Source of the DNA: an uncultured Woeseiaceae bacterium
Lineage (GTDB): Bacteria > Pseudomonadota > Gammaproteobacteria > Steroidobacterales > Woeseiaceae
Assembly: GCA_945787435.1 (NCBI GenBank)
Contig: CALZHX010000222.1
Location: forward strand, 1-39,682
DNA: 39,682 nt
Direction of reading: 5' to 3'
The translations under genes were made by a program, and so were the position numbers. Within the stretch, counting starts at the first letter, position 1, and each line of letters opens with the position of its first letter. This document shows, in pieces, positions 31,847-39,682 of this stretch. The notes beneath the pieces were generated by a model. The model was not told where the DNA came from. It ran no database searches and was given only the letters and a program-made list of their open reading frames with translations.

Positions 31847-32368
31847 ATGGCAAAACTAACAATTTTGGAGTTTCCGGATCCAAGGCTCAGGACCCGGGCC
31901 TCACCGGTCGAATCTGTCGATGACGGGCTCAGAAGCCTGATCGACGACCTGTTCGAGACAATGTATGAGGCACCCGGCATCGGCCTGGCAGCGACACAGG
32001 TCAATGTGCACAAGCGAGTGCTCGTTGCGGACATCAGTGCCGACAAAAGTGAGCCCCTGGCGTTGATCAACCCGGTCATTGTTGAGAAAGACGGCGTAAC
32101 TGCCACCGAAGAAGGTTGCCTGTCGGTGCCCGGCTACTACGAAGAGGTCGAACGGGCCGAGCATATTCGCGTGAAGTTTACTGATCGACTTGGTGACGAC
32201 GTTGAAATGGAGGCCGAGGGTCTTCTCGCGGTTTGCATTCAGCATGAGATGGACCACCTCGAGGGCAAGTTGTTCGTTGATTACCTTTCAGAGGCGAAGC
32301 GTTCCCGCATTCGCAAGAAGCTGGTCAAGGAGCAGCGCTACCGCAGCGCTGATGCGGTAGCACTGTAG
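31847..32368 (+). CDS. def: Peptide deformylase
   Basis: It has [17 protein letters not shown] and QHEMDHL motifs. 173 aa. Confidence 0.96.
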   Translation: MAKLTILEFPDPRLRTRASPVESVDDGLRSLIDDLFETMYEAPGIGLAATQVNVHKRVLVADISADKSEPLALINPVIVEKDGVTATEEGCLSVPGYYEEVERAEHIRVKFTDRLGDDVEMEAEGLLAVCIQHEMDHLEGKLFVDYLSEAKRSRIRKKLVKEQRYRSADAVAL

Positions 32369-32399
32369 GAGCCCGCGCCAGCGGGCGACATCATCCGCC

Positions 32400-33329
32400 A
32401 TGACTGAACCCAGAATCATCTTCGCCGGAACACCGGCATTCGCCGTAGCGTCTCTAAAAGCGCTGGTCGAGGCAGGGCAAGAGCCGTGCGCGGTACTGAC
32501 ACAACCGGATCGACCGGCCGGCCGTGGCAAGAAACTGGCGGCGAGCCCGGTCAAACACTACGCACTCGAGCAGGCCATCCCGGTATTGCAGCCACCGACC
32601 TTGCGCGATGCCGATGTTGTGGCTGAGCTCAACGCCCTGCGACCGGACATCATGATTGTTGCTGCTTACGGCCTGATCCTGCCGCAGGCGGTGCTCGACA
32701 TCCCGCGGGCTGGTTGTCTCAATGTCCATGCATCGTTGCTGCCGCGCTGGCGCGGCGCCGCACCCATACAGGCAGCAATTCTTGCAGGAGATGAGCGATC
32801 CGGTGTGTGCCTGATGGCGATGGAGGCGGGTCTCGACACGGGAGCTGTTTTTGCCTGCGATGCGTTCGATGTCGACAAACATGAAACTGCAGGTGAACTG
32901 CATGACCGGCTGGCGGATACCGGCGGTGCATTGCTCGTGCGGCATCTTGAGGCGATCGTTGACGGCTCACTGACTGCGACACCGCAACAGGATGAGCATG
33001 CGACCTATGCGCCGAAGATCACATCTGCCGATGCCGAGCTCGACTGGCAGCAGCCCGCCGCTGATCTTGAGCGTAAAGTCAGGGCTTACAACCCCGTCCC
33101 GGGTGCGTGGTTTATGCTCGGCGACGAACGTGTCAAATGCTGGCAGGCGCGATGTGCCGCAGGGATCCAGGCGCCCGCGGGAACTGTATTGGCTGCCGGC
33201 CCCGACGGCATCGACGTGTCCTGCGGCGACGGTGTTTTGAAGCTCGAGTCACTGCAACGACCGGGCAAGCGCAGCGTGACGTCGGCCGAACTCGCAACCC
33301 AGATAGATCTGACCGGCCGCCAGTTGTGA
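32400..33329 (+). CDS. fmt: Methionyl-tRNA formyltransferase
   Basis: It has IIFAGTPAFAV and NVHASLLPRWRGAAPIQ motifs. 309 aa. Confidence 0.96.
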   Translation: MTEPRIIFAGTPAFAVASLKALVEAGQEPCAVLTQPDRPAGRGKKLAASPVKHYALEQAIPVLQPPTLRDADVVAELNALRPDIMIVAAYGLILPQAVLDIPRAGCLNVHASLLPRWRGAAPIQAAILAGDERSGVCLMAMEAGLDTGAVFACDAFDVDKHETAGELHDRLADTGGALLVRHLEAIVDGSLTATPQQDEHATYAPKITSADAELDWQQPAADLERKVRAYNPVPGAWFMLGDERVKCWQARCAAGIQAPAGTVLAAGPDGIDVSCGDGVLKLESLQRPGKRSVTSAELATQIDLTGRQL

Positions 33330-34654
33330 GCGGCGGCAAAAAGGGGGCGAGGCTGCGGGCCACAGCAGCCGAAGTTGTTAACGATGTCGTTAGCGCCGGT
33401 CGGTCACTCGATGCTGCGCTGGCGAAGAGCGAGAAGCACGTGGCCGAGGATGACCGATCACTGCTGCGCCTTCTTTGTTATGGCACCTTGCGCCATCACT
33501 GGCGCCTGATGCACTACGTTGGCGCACTTCTCGATCGGCCATTGAAGGCGCGCGACAGTGTGATTACAGAATTGCTGGCGATTGGCCTTTATCAACTCAA
33601 CGACACGCGAATTCCCGATCATGCGGTCGTGTCGCAGACAGTTGAGGCGGCAAGGCAATTGCGGCGCCCGAAGCTCGCGCCACTGGTCAACGCGATATTG
33701 AGAAGAGCGCTGCGCGACCGGGTTTTCGAGAACGAACCGTCTAATGAGAACGCGGTGCATGATCATCCGGCATGGATCCTTGATGCGCTCAAGGCAAACT
33801 GGCCGGAAGACTGGCGAGAGATTGTCGCCGCTAACAACGCCAGGGCTGCGATGTGGCTGCGCGTGAATCCGGCCTGCGGCTCGGCGGCGGACTATCAGAG
33901 ACGGCTTGAGGAAGACGGAATCGAAAGCGAGCTGTTAGAGGGAGCACCACAGGCTGTGCGACTAGTGGATCCGCAGCCGGTTGAGACGTTGCCAGGTTTT
34001 GGCAAAGGGCACGTGTCCGTGCAGGATGCGGCGGCCCAGCTGGCTGCTCCGTGGCTACTTGACGGCGTGACCGGCCGGGTTCTGGATGCCTGCGCCGCAC
34101 CGGGTGGCAAAACCGGGCACCTGCTCGAGGCCGCAGGCGGCCAAATCGAAGTTACGGCGATCGATAGCAGCAGTGCACGATTGATGTCAGTCCGCGAGAA
34201 TCTGGATCGGCTCGGCTTTGATGCAACCCTTATCGCCGCCGATGCATCGAAACCTAGTGAGTGGTGGGATGGTGAGCCATTCAGCGCCATCCTGCTCGAC
34301 GCCCCATGTTCGGCGAGCGGCGTGATACGGCGCCATCCGGATATCAAGCATTTGCGCCGCTCTACGGACATTCCGGAGCTGGCGCGGCTGCAGGCAAGCC
34401 TGCTCAAAAACCTGTGGCCTTTGCTGGCACCGGGTGGGCGCCTGTTGTACGTGACCTGCTCCGTGCTGGATGCAGAGAATGATGAGGTGGTTGCAGGGTT
34501 CCTCGAAACGACCGATGACGCCCGGGAAGACAATGTGTTGCAAAATAACAACATCCGCGATCTAATGCGGGACAAGGCCTGCGGTCACCAGGTTCTGCCG
34601 GGAACGGCGGGGCTGGATGGCTTTTATTACGCAGGGCTGAAGAAGGTCTCCTGA
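33326..34654 (+). CDS. rsmB: 16S rRNA (cytosine967-C5)-methyltransferase
   Basis: The GTG at 33326 overlaps the fmt stop (GTGA). It has an N-terminal NusB-like domain. The SAM motif is DACAAPGGKT and the catalytic motifs are DAPCSASGVIRRHPD and TCS. The track ORF start at 33107 lies inside fmt. Confidence 0.92.
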   Translation: MSGGKKGARLRATAAEVVNDVVSAGRSLDAALAKSEKHVAEDDRSLLRLLCYGTLRHHWRLMHYVGALLDRPLKARDSVITELLAIGLYQLNDTRIPDHAVVSQTVEAARQLRRPKLAPLVNAILRRALRDRVFENEPSNENAVHDHPAWILDALKANWPEDWREIVAANNARAAMWLRVNPACGSAADYQRRLEEDGIESELLEGAPQAVRLVDPQPVETLPGFGKGHVSVQDAAAQLAAPWLLDGVTGRVLDACAAPGGKTGHLLEAAGGQIEVTAIDSSSARLMSVRENLDRLGFDATLIAADASKPSEWWDGEPFSAILLDAPCSASGVIRRHPDIKHLRRSTDIPELARLQASLLKNLWPLLAPGGRLLYVTCSVLDAENDEVVAGFLETTDDAREDNVLQNNNIRDLMRDKACGHQVLPGTAGLDGFYYAGLKKVS

Positions 34655-34662
34655 GAACAACC

Positions 34663-35268
34663 ATGTCACGTGCACCCGCCATCAGATCAGTCAGGCTAGC
34701 GGCGCTTTGCGCCGGCTTTGTCGTGCTTGCCGGATTGGTGATGCAACCGGGTCTGGCGCAGGACGGTCTGGAGCGAGCCGGTTATTTTGAAGTTCGATCG
34801 GCATCGACCCGGCAGGTTGGGGGTGTCCATACGCTCGATGCGCGTTTGCAGCTCGTTCTGAGCAGTGAAGCGCTTGAAGCATTGTCGAGCGGCGTTCCGT
34901 TAACGATCGAGCTGCAACTCGAAGTGATTCGAACGCGGCGTTTCGTTTGGGACGATGCTGAAGCGGAACTCGCGCTCCGATATGAGCTTGAGTATCGACC
35001 CCTCAGTCAACGTTACTTAGTCAGAAACCTGAACAGTGGTAACCAGGATTCCTTCGCAACTCTCTACTCCGCGCTGAATAACCTCGGCCGGGTGCAGGGG
35101 TTGCCTGTGATTGACGATGCACTGCTGGAGTATGGCAAGAACTACCGTATCCGGCTGCGCGCAATGCTCAACACACAGCAATACCCCGCGCCACTTCGGC
35201 TGTTGTTCTTCTGGCGCGATGAGTGGCAATTACAGAGCGAATGGTTTGAATGGTTGCTCGAACGCTAA
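34663..35268 (+). CDS. DUF4390 domain-containing periplasmic protein
   Basis: It has a signal peptide (..LAGLVMQPGLAQD). Its conserved position between rsmB and an NtrY-like kinase matches DUF4390 proteins as I recall them. It overlaps the kinase start by 19 nt. Confidence 0.65.
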   Translation: MSRAPAIRSVRLAALCAGFVVLAGLVMQPGLAQDGLERAGYFEVRSASTRQVGGVHTLDARLQLVLSSEALEALSSGVPLTIELQLEVIRTRRFVWDDAEAELALRYELEYRPLSQRYLVRNLNSGNQDSFATLYSALNNLGRVQGLPVIDDALLEYGKNYRIRLRAMLNTQQYPAPLRLLFFWRDEWQLQSEWFEWLLER

Positions 35269-37472
35269 GAAGAGCCTTATATACGATTCTCGCGGCGACC
35301 GGAGTCGGCCTCGTACTGGTCGCGTTGTTCCTGCTTAGCCGCACCGCACAAAACTCCGACGACTTCGATCGGCTGCACAACGTCATACTTGCGATCAACA
35401 TCGCGGGTGTCATTGTTCTTTTCGTCTTCCTGGTCGGTAATCTCGCACGACTGTTCAAGGAATACCGAACACACGTGCCCGGTGCCAAGCTCAAGGCGCG
35501 CATGGTCGGCATGTTCGTCGGCCTGGCTGTACTGCCGCTGCTTGTAGTCTTCTACTTCTCGATACAGTTCATCAATCGCGGCATCGACACCTGGTTTAAT
35601 GTCGAGGTCGGTGACGGACTCGAGAACGCACTGGCGCTGAGCCGTGCTGCACTCGAAATGCAGATGCGCCAGCACCTGTACGCGACACAACAGATTTCGC
35701 AGCGCCTGGGTGATGTTAGCGAGCGCCAATTGATTTTCGAGCTCAGCATGTTGCGTCGTGAAAGTGGGGCGAGCGAGATCACGATCTACGGCAGCAACAA
35801 TCAGATTCTGGCGACCAGTTCCGACAGTTCAGCGGGTGCCCTGCCGCGGCCGCTTGCTGAAGAGGTCTTGCTACAGACGCAGCAGGACCGACCGTACGTT
35901 GCCCTCGATCCAGACGATTTCGAGATTCGTACCGCCGTGACGTTTTCTTACCGCGGACGCGGCGAACCGATCGGTGTTCTGCAGGCACATTTCCCGGTTA
36001 CCGAGCGCTTGGCGCGCATGGCTCAGAGCGTCGAACGCTCTTACAACGAATACCAGGAGCTCGTATTCCTGCGTGCGCCGCTGAAGAGCACGTTCTCGCT
36101 GACCCTGACTGTCGTGTTGATGCTTAGCCTGCTTGCTGCAATCTACGGGGCCTTCATCTTGTCGCGCAGGCTTGTCCAACCTATCCAGGATCTTGTCGCT
36201 GGCACGCGTGCGGTTGCTGAAGGTGATTTCGATACACGCCTGCCCACGCCAACACGTGACGAGATCGGATTCCTGATCAGCTCGTTTAACGACATGACGC
36301 AGCGACTCGCTTCTGCGCGCCGTGAAGCGAGTTTGTCGCAGGCGCTGGTTGAGGCGGAGCGCGCAAACCTTGAAGTGATACTGGCGCGGCTGTCAACGGG
36401 CGTACTCGCGCTCGAGAACGACATGCGTATTCGCACAGCAAACCAGGCGTCTGGCGCCATACTCGGTGTCGACCTCGAACATCGCTCGGGAGAGCTGCTG
36501 GCAGATGTGGCCAGGGGCCGTCCGTTACTCGAACAGTTTCATGATCTTGCCCAGGTGCATCTCGGTGCAGGGGAAACAGAATGGCGCGAGCAGATCGTAC
36601 TGCGCGGCGAAGTGGGCCGCAGGGTACTGACCTGTGCGTGCACGACGCTGCCTGGTGATGAAAGTCATGCCGCCGGCTACGTTATCGTATTTGACGACAT
36701 CACTGCGCTATTGCAGGCGCAGCGCGATGCAGCCTGGGGTGAAGTCGCTCGCAGGCTTGCTCACGAAATCAAGAATCCGCTGACACCTATCCAGCTATCC
36801 GCCGAACGCATGCGTCGTAAATACCTCGAATCCATGTCAGAGGACGAAGGACAGATTCTTGATCGCGCAACGCACACGATCGTGCAGCAGGTCGAGGCCA
36901 TGAAAGAGATGGTTAACGCCTTCAGCGACTATGCGCGTGCGCCGGATATCGAACTTGGCATGTTCGATATGGACAAGCTGGTGCACGAAGTGGTTGATCT
37001 GTACCGCGCCCAGGAAAGTGGGATCGACATTGCACTGATGTCGGACTCATCGATGCCGATGGTCGAGGCCGACATCGGCCGTGTGCGGCAAATGCTCCAC
37101 AACCTTGTTCGCAACGCGACCGAAGCGCTTGAGAATACGCGCGACGGTCGAATTGACATCCATGTAAGTGTTGCAGAAATCGATGGCATAAATTTCGTGC
37201 TAATCAAAGTCGAGGACAACGGGCCGGGATTCGAGGAAGGTTCGATAAACCAGTTATTCGACCCATATGTGACAACGAAACCAAAAGGAACAGGCCTCGG
37301 ACTGGCTATTGTCAAGAAGCTGGTCGAGGAACATATCGGCTCGATCCGGGCCTACAATCATGCAGACGGCGGTGCAGTGATCAGTATTCGATTGCCGCTC
37401 AATGAAGCGGCGCGTGGGGCGATTATTGCCAGTTCGCCAGGGCGCGCGGAAAAAAGGAGGGAGGGAGCATGA
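35250..37472 (+). CDS. Sensor histidine kinase, NtrY-like (TM-HAMP-PAS-HisKA-HATPase)
   Basis: It has N-terminal TM segments, a HAMP region (..LVQPIQDLVAGTRAVAEGDFDTRL..EIGFLISSFNDM), the H-box LAHEIKNPLTPIQLSAE, the N-box NLVRNATEA and the G-boxes DNGPGF / GTGLGLAIV. Confidence 0.88.
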   Translation: MVARTLRRALYTILAATGVGLVLVALFLLSRTAQNSDDFDRLHNVILAINIAGVIVLFVFLVGNLARLFKEYRTHVPGAKLKARMVGMFVGLAVLPLLVVFYFSIQFINRGIDTWFNVEVGDGLENALALSRAALEMQMRQHLYATQQISQRLGDVSERQLIFELSMLRRESGASEITIYGSNNQILATSSDSSAGALPRPLAEEVLLQTQQDRPYVALDPDDFEIRTAVTFSYRGRGEPIGVLQAHFPVTERLARMAQSVERSYNEYQELVFLRAPLKSTFSLTLTVVLMLSLLAAIYGAFILSRRLVQPIQDLVAGTRAVAEGDFDTRLPTPTRDEIGFLISSFNDMTQRLASARREASLSQALVEAERANLEVILARLSTGVLALENDMRIRTANQASGAILGVDLEHRSGELLADVARGRPLLEQFHDLAQVHLGAGETEWREQIVLRGEVGRRVLTCACTTLPGDESHAAGYVIVFDDITALLQAQRDAAWGEVARRLAHEIKNPLTPIQLSAERMRRKYLESMSEDEGQILDRATHTIVQQVEAMKEMVNAFSDYARAPDIELGMFDMDKLVHEVVDLYRAQESGIDIALMSDSSMPMVEADIGRVRQMLHNLVRNATEALENTRDGRIDIHVSVAEIDGINFVLIKVEDNGPGFEEGSINQLFDPYVTTKPKGTGLGLAIVKKLVEEHIGSIRAYNHADGGAVISIRLPLNEAARGAIIASSPGRAEKRREGA

Positions 37473-38830
37473 GAATATCTCATGTGCTGGTCGTCGATGA
37501 CGAGGCTGACATCCGGGCTCTGATTCAGGAAATTCTGACCGACGAAGGCTACAAGGTAACGGTTGCAGCAGATGCTGCGCAGGCACGCTCAGCGCGAGCA
37601 GATACCAGGTTCGATCTTATTTTGCTCGATATCTGGATGCCGGACACGGATGGCATCACGTTATTGCGCGAATGGTCGGACGGTGGCGACCTGAGCTGCC
37701 CGGTCGTCATCATGTCCGGGCACGGTACCGTTGATACCGCTGTCGAGGCTACGAGGCTCGGCGCATTCGATTTTGTCGAAAAACCACTATCGCTTGCCAA
37801 GCTCTTGCGCACGGTCGAAGCAGCGCTCGAGTCCGCGGCAAAACAGGCAGGTGGCGCGCGCAGCATGTTGCCACCATTATTGGCGCCGGTTGGGCGTAGC
37901 AAGCTGATGCTGGCGCTGCGGGAGAAAGTGCAGCAATACGCCGAACATGACGAGTTCGTATTGTTGAGCGGAGAACCGGGCTCAGGACGCGGTGCCTTCG
38001 CGCGCTATCTGCACGCGCTGAGTCGGCGAGCTGACGAACCACTGATCAGCGTGACGGCAGCATCGTTGACCGAGGGAAATGCCGAGGAACAACTTTTTGG
38101 CCTGGAGGCTGGAGGACAAACCGGTGCCGTCGAGCAAGCCGGCAAGGGCACGCTGGTCATCGATGATCTTTCGGATCTCAATACGGCGGCGCAGAAAATG
38201 CTCTTGGCAGCAATCGAAGATCGCTCGTACCGCCGCGTAAACGGACGCGAGAACATAAAACTCGAGGCGCGGATTGTTGCGACGGTCGGCGACGATTATG
38301 AATTGCTCATCGAGAGGGGCGCTTTGCGCCGGGATCTCGTTGCTCACCTGTCGGTCCTGAGTCTCAAAGTACCCCCGCTTCGGGATTACTCGGAAGATGT
38401 TCCGGAGCTGCTCGCCTACTATGTCGACAAACTCGTCGATGCTGAAGGCCTGACGTTCCGGCGCTTCAGCGTTGCGGCGCAGAACCGGCTGCGCAATTAC
38501 CCCTGGCCAGATAATGTGCGCGAGCTCAAAAACCTGGTTCGACGCTTGTTGCTGACTGGCTCCGACGACGACATCTCGCTCGAGGAGGTGGAAGAAGAGA
38601 TCAGCTCTGGTGCGCCCGCTGATGAACCGCTTGTTAAACAGGACCTGTTGTCACTGCCACTGCGCGAAGCACGCGAACAATTCGAGCGTGCCTACCTGCA
38701 GCAGCAGCTCGTGTTATGCGACGGCAAAGTGGGGCAGCTGGCAAAGCGCGTCGGCATGGAACGAACGCATCTGTATCGAAAGCTGAGGTCGCTGGGCGTG
38801 GATTTTAAATCGGTTACTGCGGAGGATTAG
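37469..38830 (+). CDS. NtrX-like response regulator (REC, degenerate AAA+, Fis-type HTH)
   Basis: The REC domain has VLVVDDE...LILLDIWMPDTDG. The central NtrC-like domain has GEPGSGRG in place of GESGTGKE and no GAFTGA loop. The C-terminal HTH is GKVGQLAKRVGMERTHLYRKLRSLGV. Its start overlaps the kinase stop (ATGA). Confidence 0.85.
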   Translation: MRISHVLVVDDEADIRALIQEILTDEGYKVTVAADAAQARSARADTRFDLILLDIWMPDTDGITLLREWSDGGDLSCPVVIMSGHGTVDTAVEATRLGAFDFVEKPLSLAKLLRTVEAALESAAKQAGGARSMLPPLLAPVGRSKLMLALREKVQQYAEHDEFVLLSGEPGSGRGAFARYLHALSRRADEPLISVTAASLTEGNAEEQLFGLEAGGQTGAVEQAGKGTLVIDDLSDLNTAAQKMLLAAIEDRSYRRVNGRENIKLEARIVATVGDDYELLIERGALRRDLVAHLSVLSLKVPPLRDYSEDVPELLAYYVDKLVDAEGLTFRRFSVAAQNRLRNYPWPDNVRELKNLVRRLLLTGSDDDISLEEVEEEISSGAPADEPLVKQDLLSLPLREAREQFERAYLQQQLVLCDGKVGQLAKRVGMERTHLYRKLRSLGVDFKSVTAED

Positions 38831-38869
38831 GCGGATCGCACCAGACTGTGCTCCGGCACTCTGTCAACT

Positions 38870-39682
38870 TCATGGCTCCCCCTGGCCCGCTTTACTTCCG
38901 TTGCCGGAGCCCCCTCGCACAGGCTGCCGTGAACTCGGTCGTATTCGCCCGTCGTTGTCGAAAGTCAGGCCGGAGTCATCGAAGTCCTCGGCGGTGAGGC
39001 CGCGGATCAGCTTGTGTGCGCGCTGCCGGTCGTCAATGATCGGACCGGCCGGGCGTATTTGTATTGTTGATACGACCTGGCCTTCCACAAACCGGCCTTC
39101 GCCATCGAGCGTCGTAAACAGGATCGGCGCGATGCCCTTGATGCCTGCGACACTGATGCCGTAATAGGTAGCGAAGTTGCCGAGGCTGTAGGCGATCAGC
39201 CTGTCCTTGTAGCGTTCCATGGCGCGCACAACGTGTGGACCGTGACCGATCACGAGGTCAGCACCCGCGTCGACAACCATGCGCGCAAACATCACAACGT
39301 CGCCACGCGGTTCCCCGTAATACTCCTCTTCGGCAAACGGCAGGTTCGTGACATCAACGCCTTCGGCGCCACCGTGAAAGGTCACCATGACAATGTCATG
39401 GTTTGCTGCATAACTGGCAACTGTGGCCCGCGCCAGCCCGTAGTCGAGCAACATGTTCGACTCCTTGGTGACGGCGTACGCGAGTACTGCAATTCTCAGA
39501 CCGTTCACGTCAAAACTGGCAAAGTCGCCTTCGCGACCTGAATGATGAATTCCGACGCCAGCCAGCGCATCCATCGTCGACGTACGGCCTTCCTCGCCAA
39601 AGTCGCGGGCATGATTGTTGGCGAGGCTCAAGACAACGAAACCGGCCGCACGGAAATAGTTCGCATATCGGGTTGGTGAACG
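38870..39682 (-). CDS. CapA-family (PGA_cap, metallophosphatase-fold) protein; the 5' end lies outside the window
   Basis: The frame is open to the window edge (..YANYFRAAGFVVLSLANNHARDFGEEG..). It has ANNH..D.G, GHGPHV and YSLGNF motifs typical of CapA/PgsA-like proteins. The track Met at 39631 is an internal TTG codon. Confidence 0.8.
   Translation of the reverse strand, partial: RSPTRYANYFRAAGFVVLSLANNHARDFGEEGRTSTMDALAGVGIHHSGREGDFASFDVNGLRIAVLAYAVTKESNMLLDYGLARATVASYAANHDIVMVTFHGGAEGVDVTNLPFAEEEYYGEPRGDVVMFARMVVDAGADLVIGHGPHVVRAMERYKDRLIAYSLGNFATYYGISVAGIKGIAPILFTTLDGEGRFVEGQVVSTIQIRPAGPIIDDRQRAHKLIRGLTAEDFDDSGLTFDNDGRIRPSSRQPVRGGSGNGSKAGQGEP

Overview
This 39.7-kb, high-GC window is almost certainly chromosomal DNA from a Gammaproteobacterium, judged from gene content and Pseudomonas-like synteny. 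I recognise about 38 protein genes. I found no rRNA, tRNA, CRISPR array, transposase, integrase or phage gene.

Most of the window is conserved housekeeping:
- glmS (3' part).
- xthA-prlC | gor.
- aroE-hemB.
- The block hemF-tsaC-topA-smg-dprA-LysM(TsaP-like) | def-fmt-rsmB-DUF4390-NtrY-like kinase-NtrX-like regulator.
- A partial CapA-family gene at the right edge.

Three stretches look accessory:
- 2.5-10.5 kb holds a run of exported proteins and lipoproteins. It includes an alpha/beta hydrolase gene bracketed by a 25-bp direct repeat plus a scar of the neighbouring gene. It also holds a BCCT transporter 3 nt upstream of a cholinesterase-family lipoprotein.
- 18.4-20.1 kb holds an ECF sigma factor, a zinc-finger anti-sigma factor, and a secreted acidic peptide with six Cys-Gly repeats. 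The peptide resembles EGKCG-type (HvfA/bufferin-like) RiPP metallophore precursors. No DUF692/DUF2063 maturase lies nearby. This is the most interesting locus in the window.
- 21.2-25.0 kb holds an AhpD-like protein tightly coupled to a 1056-aa plant-type subtilase.

All product calls rest on motifs read by eye from the translations. No database search was run.
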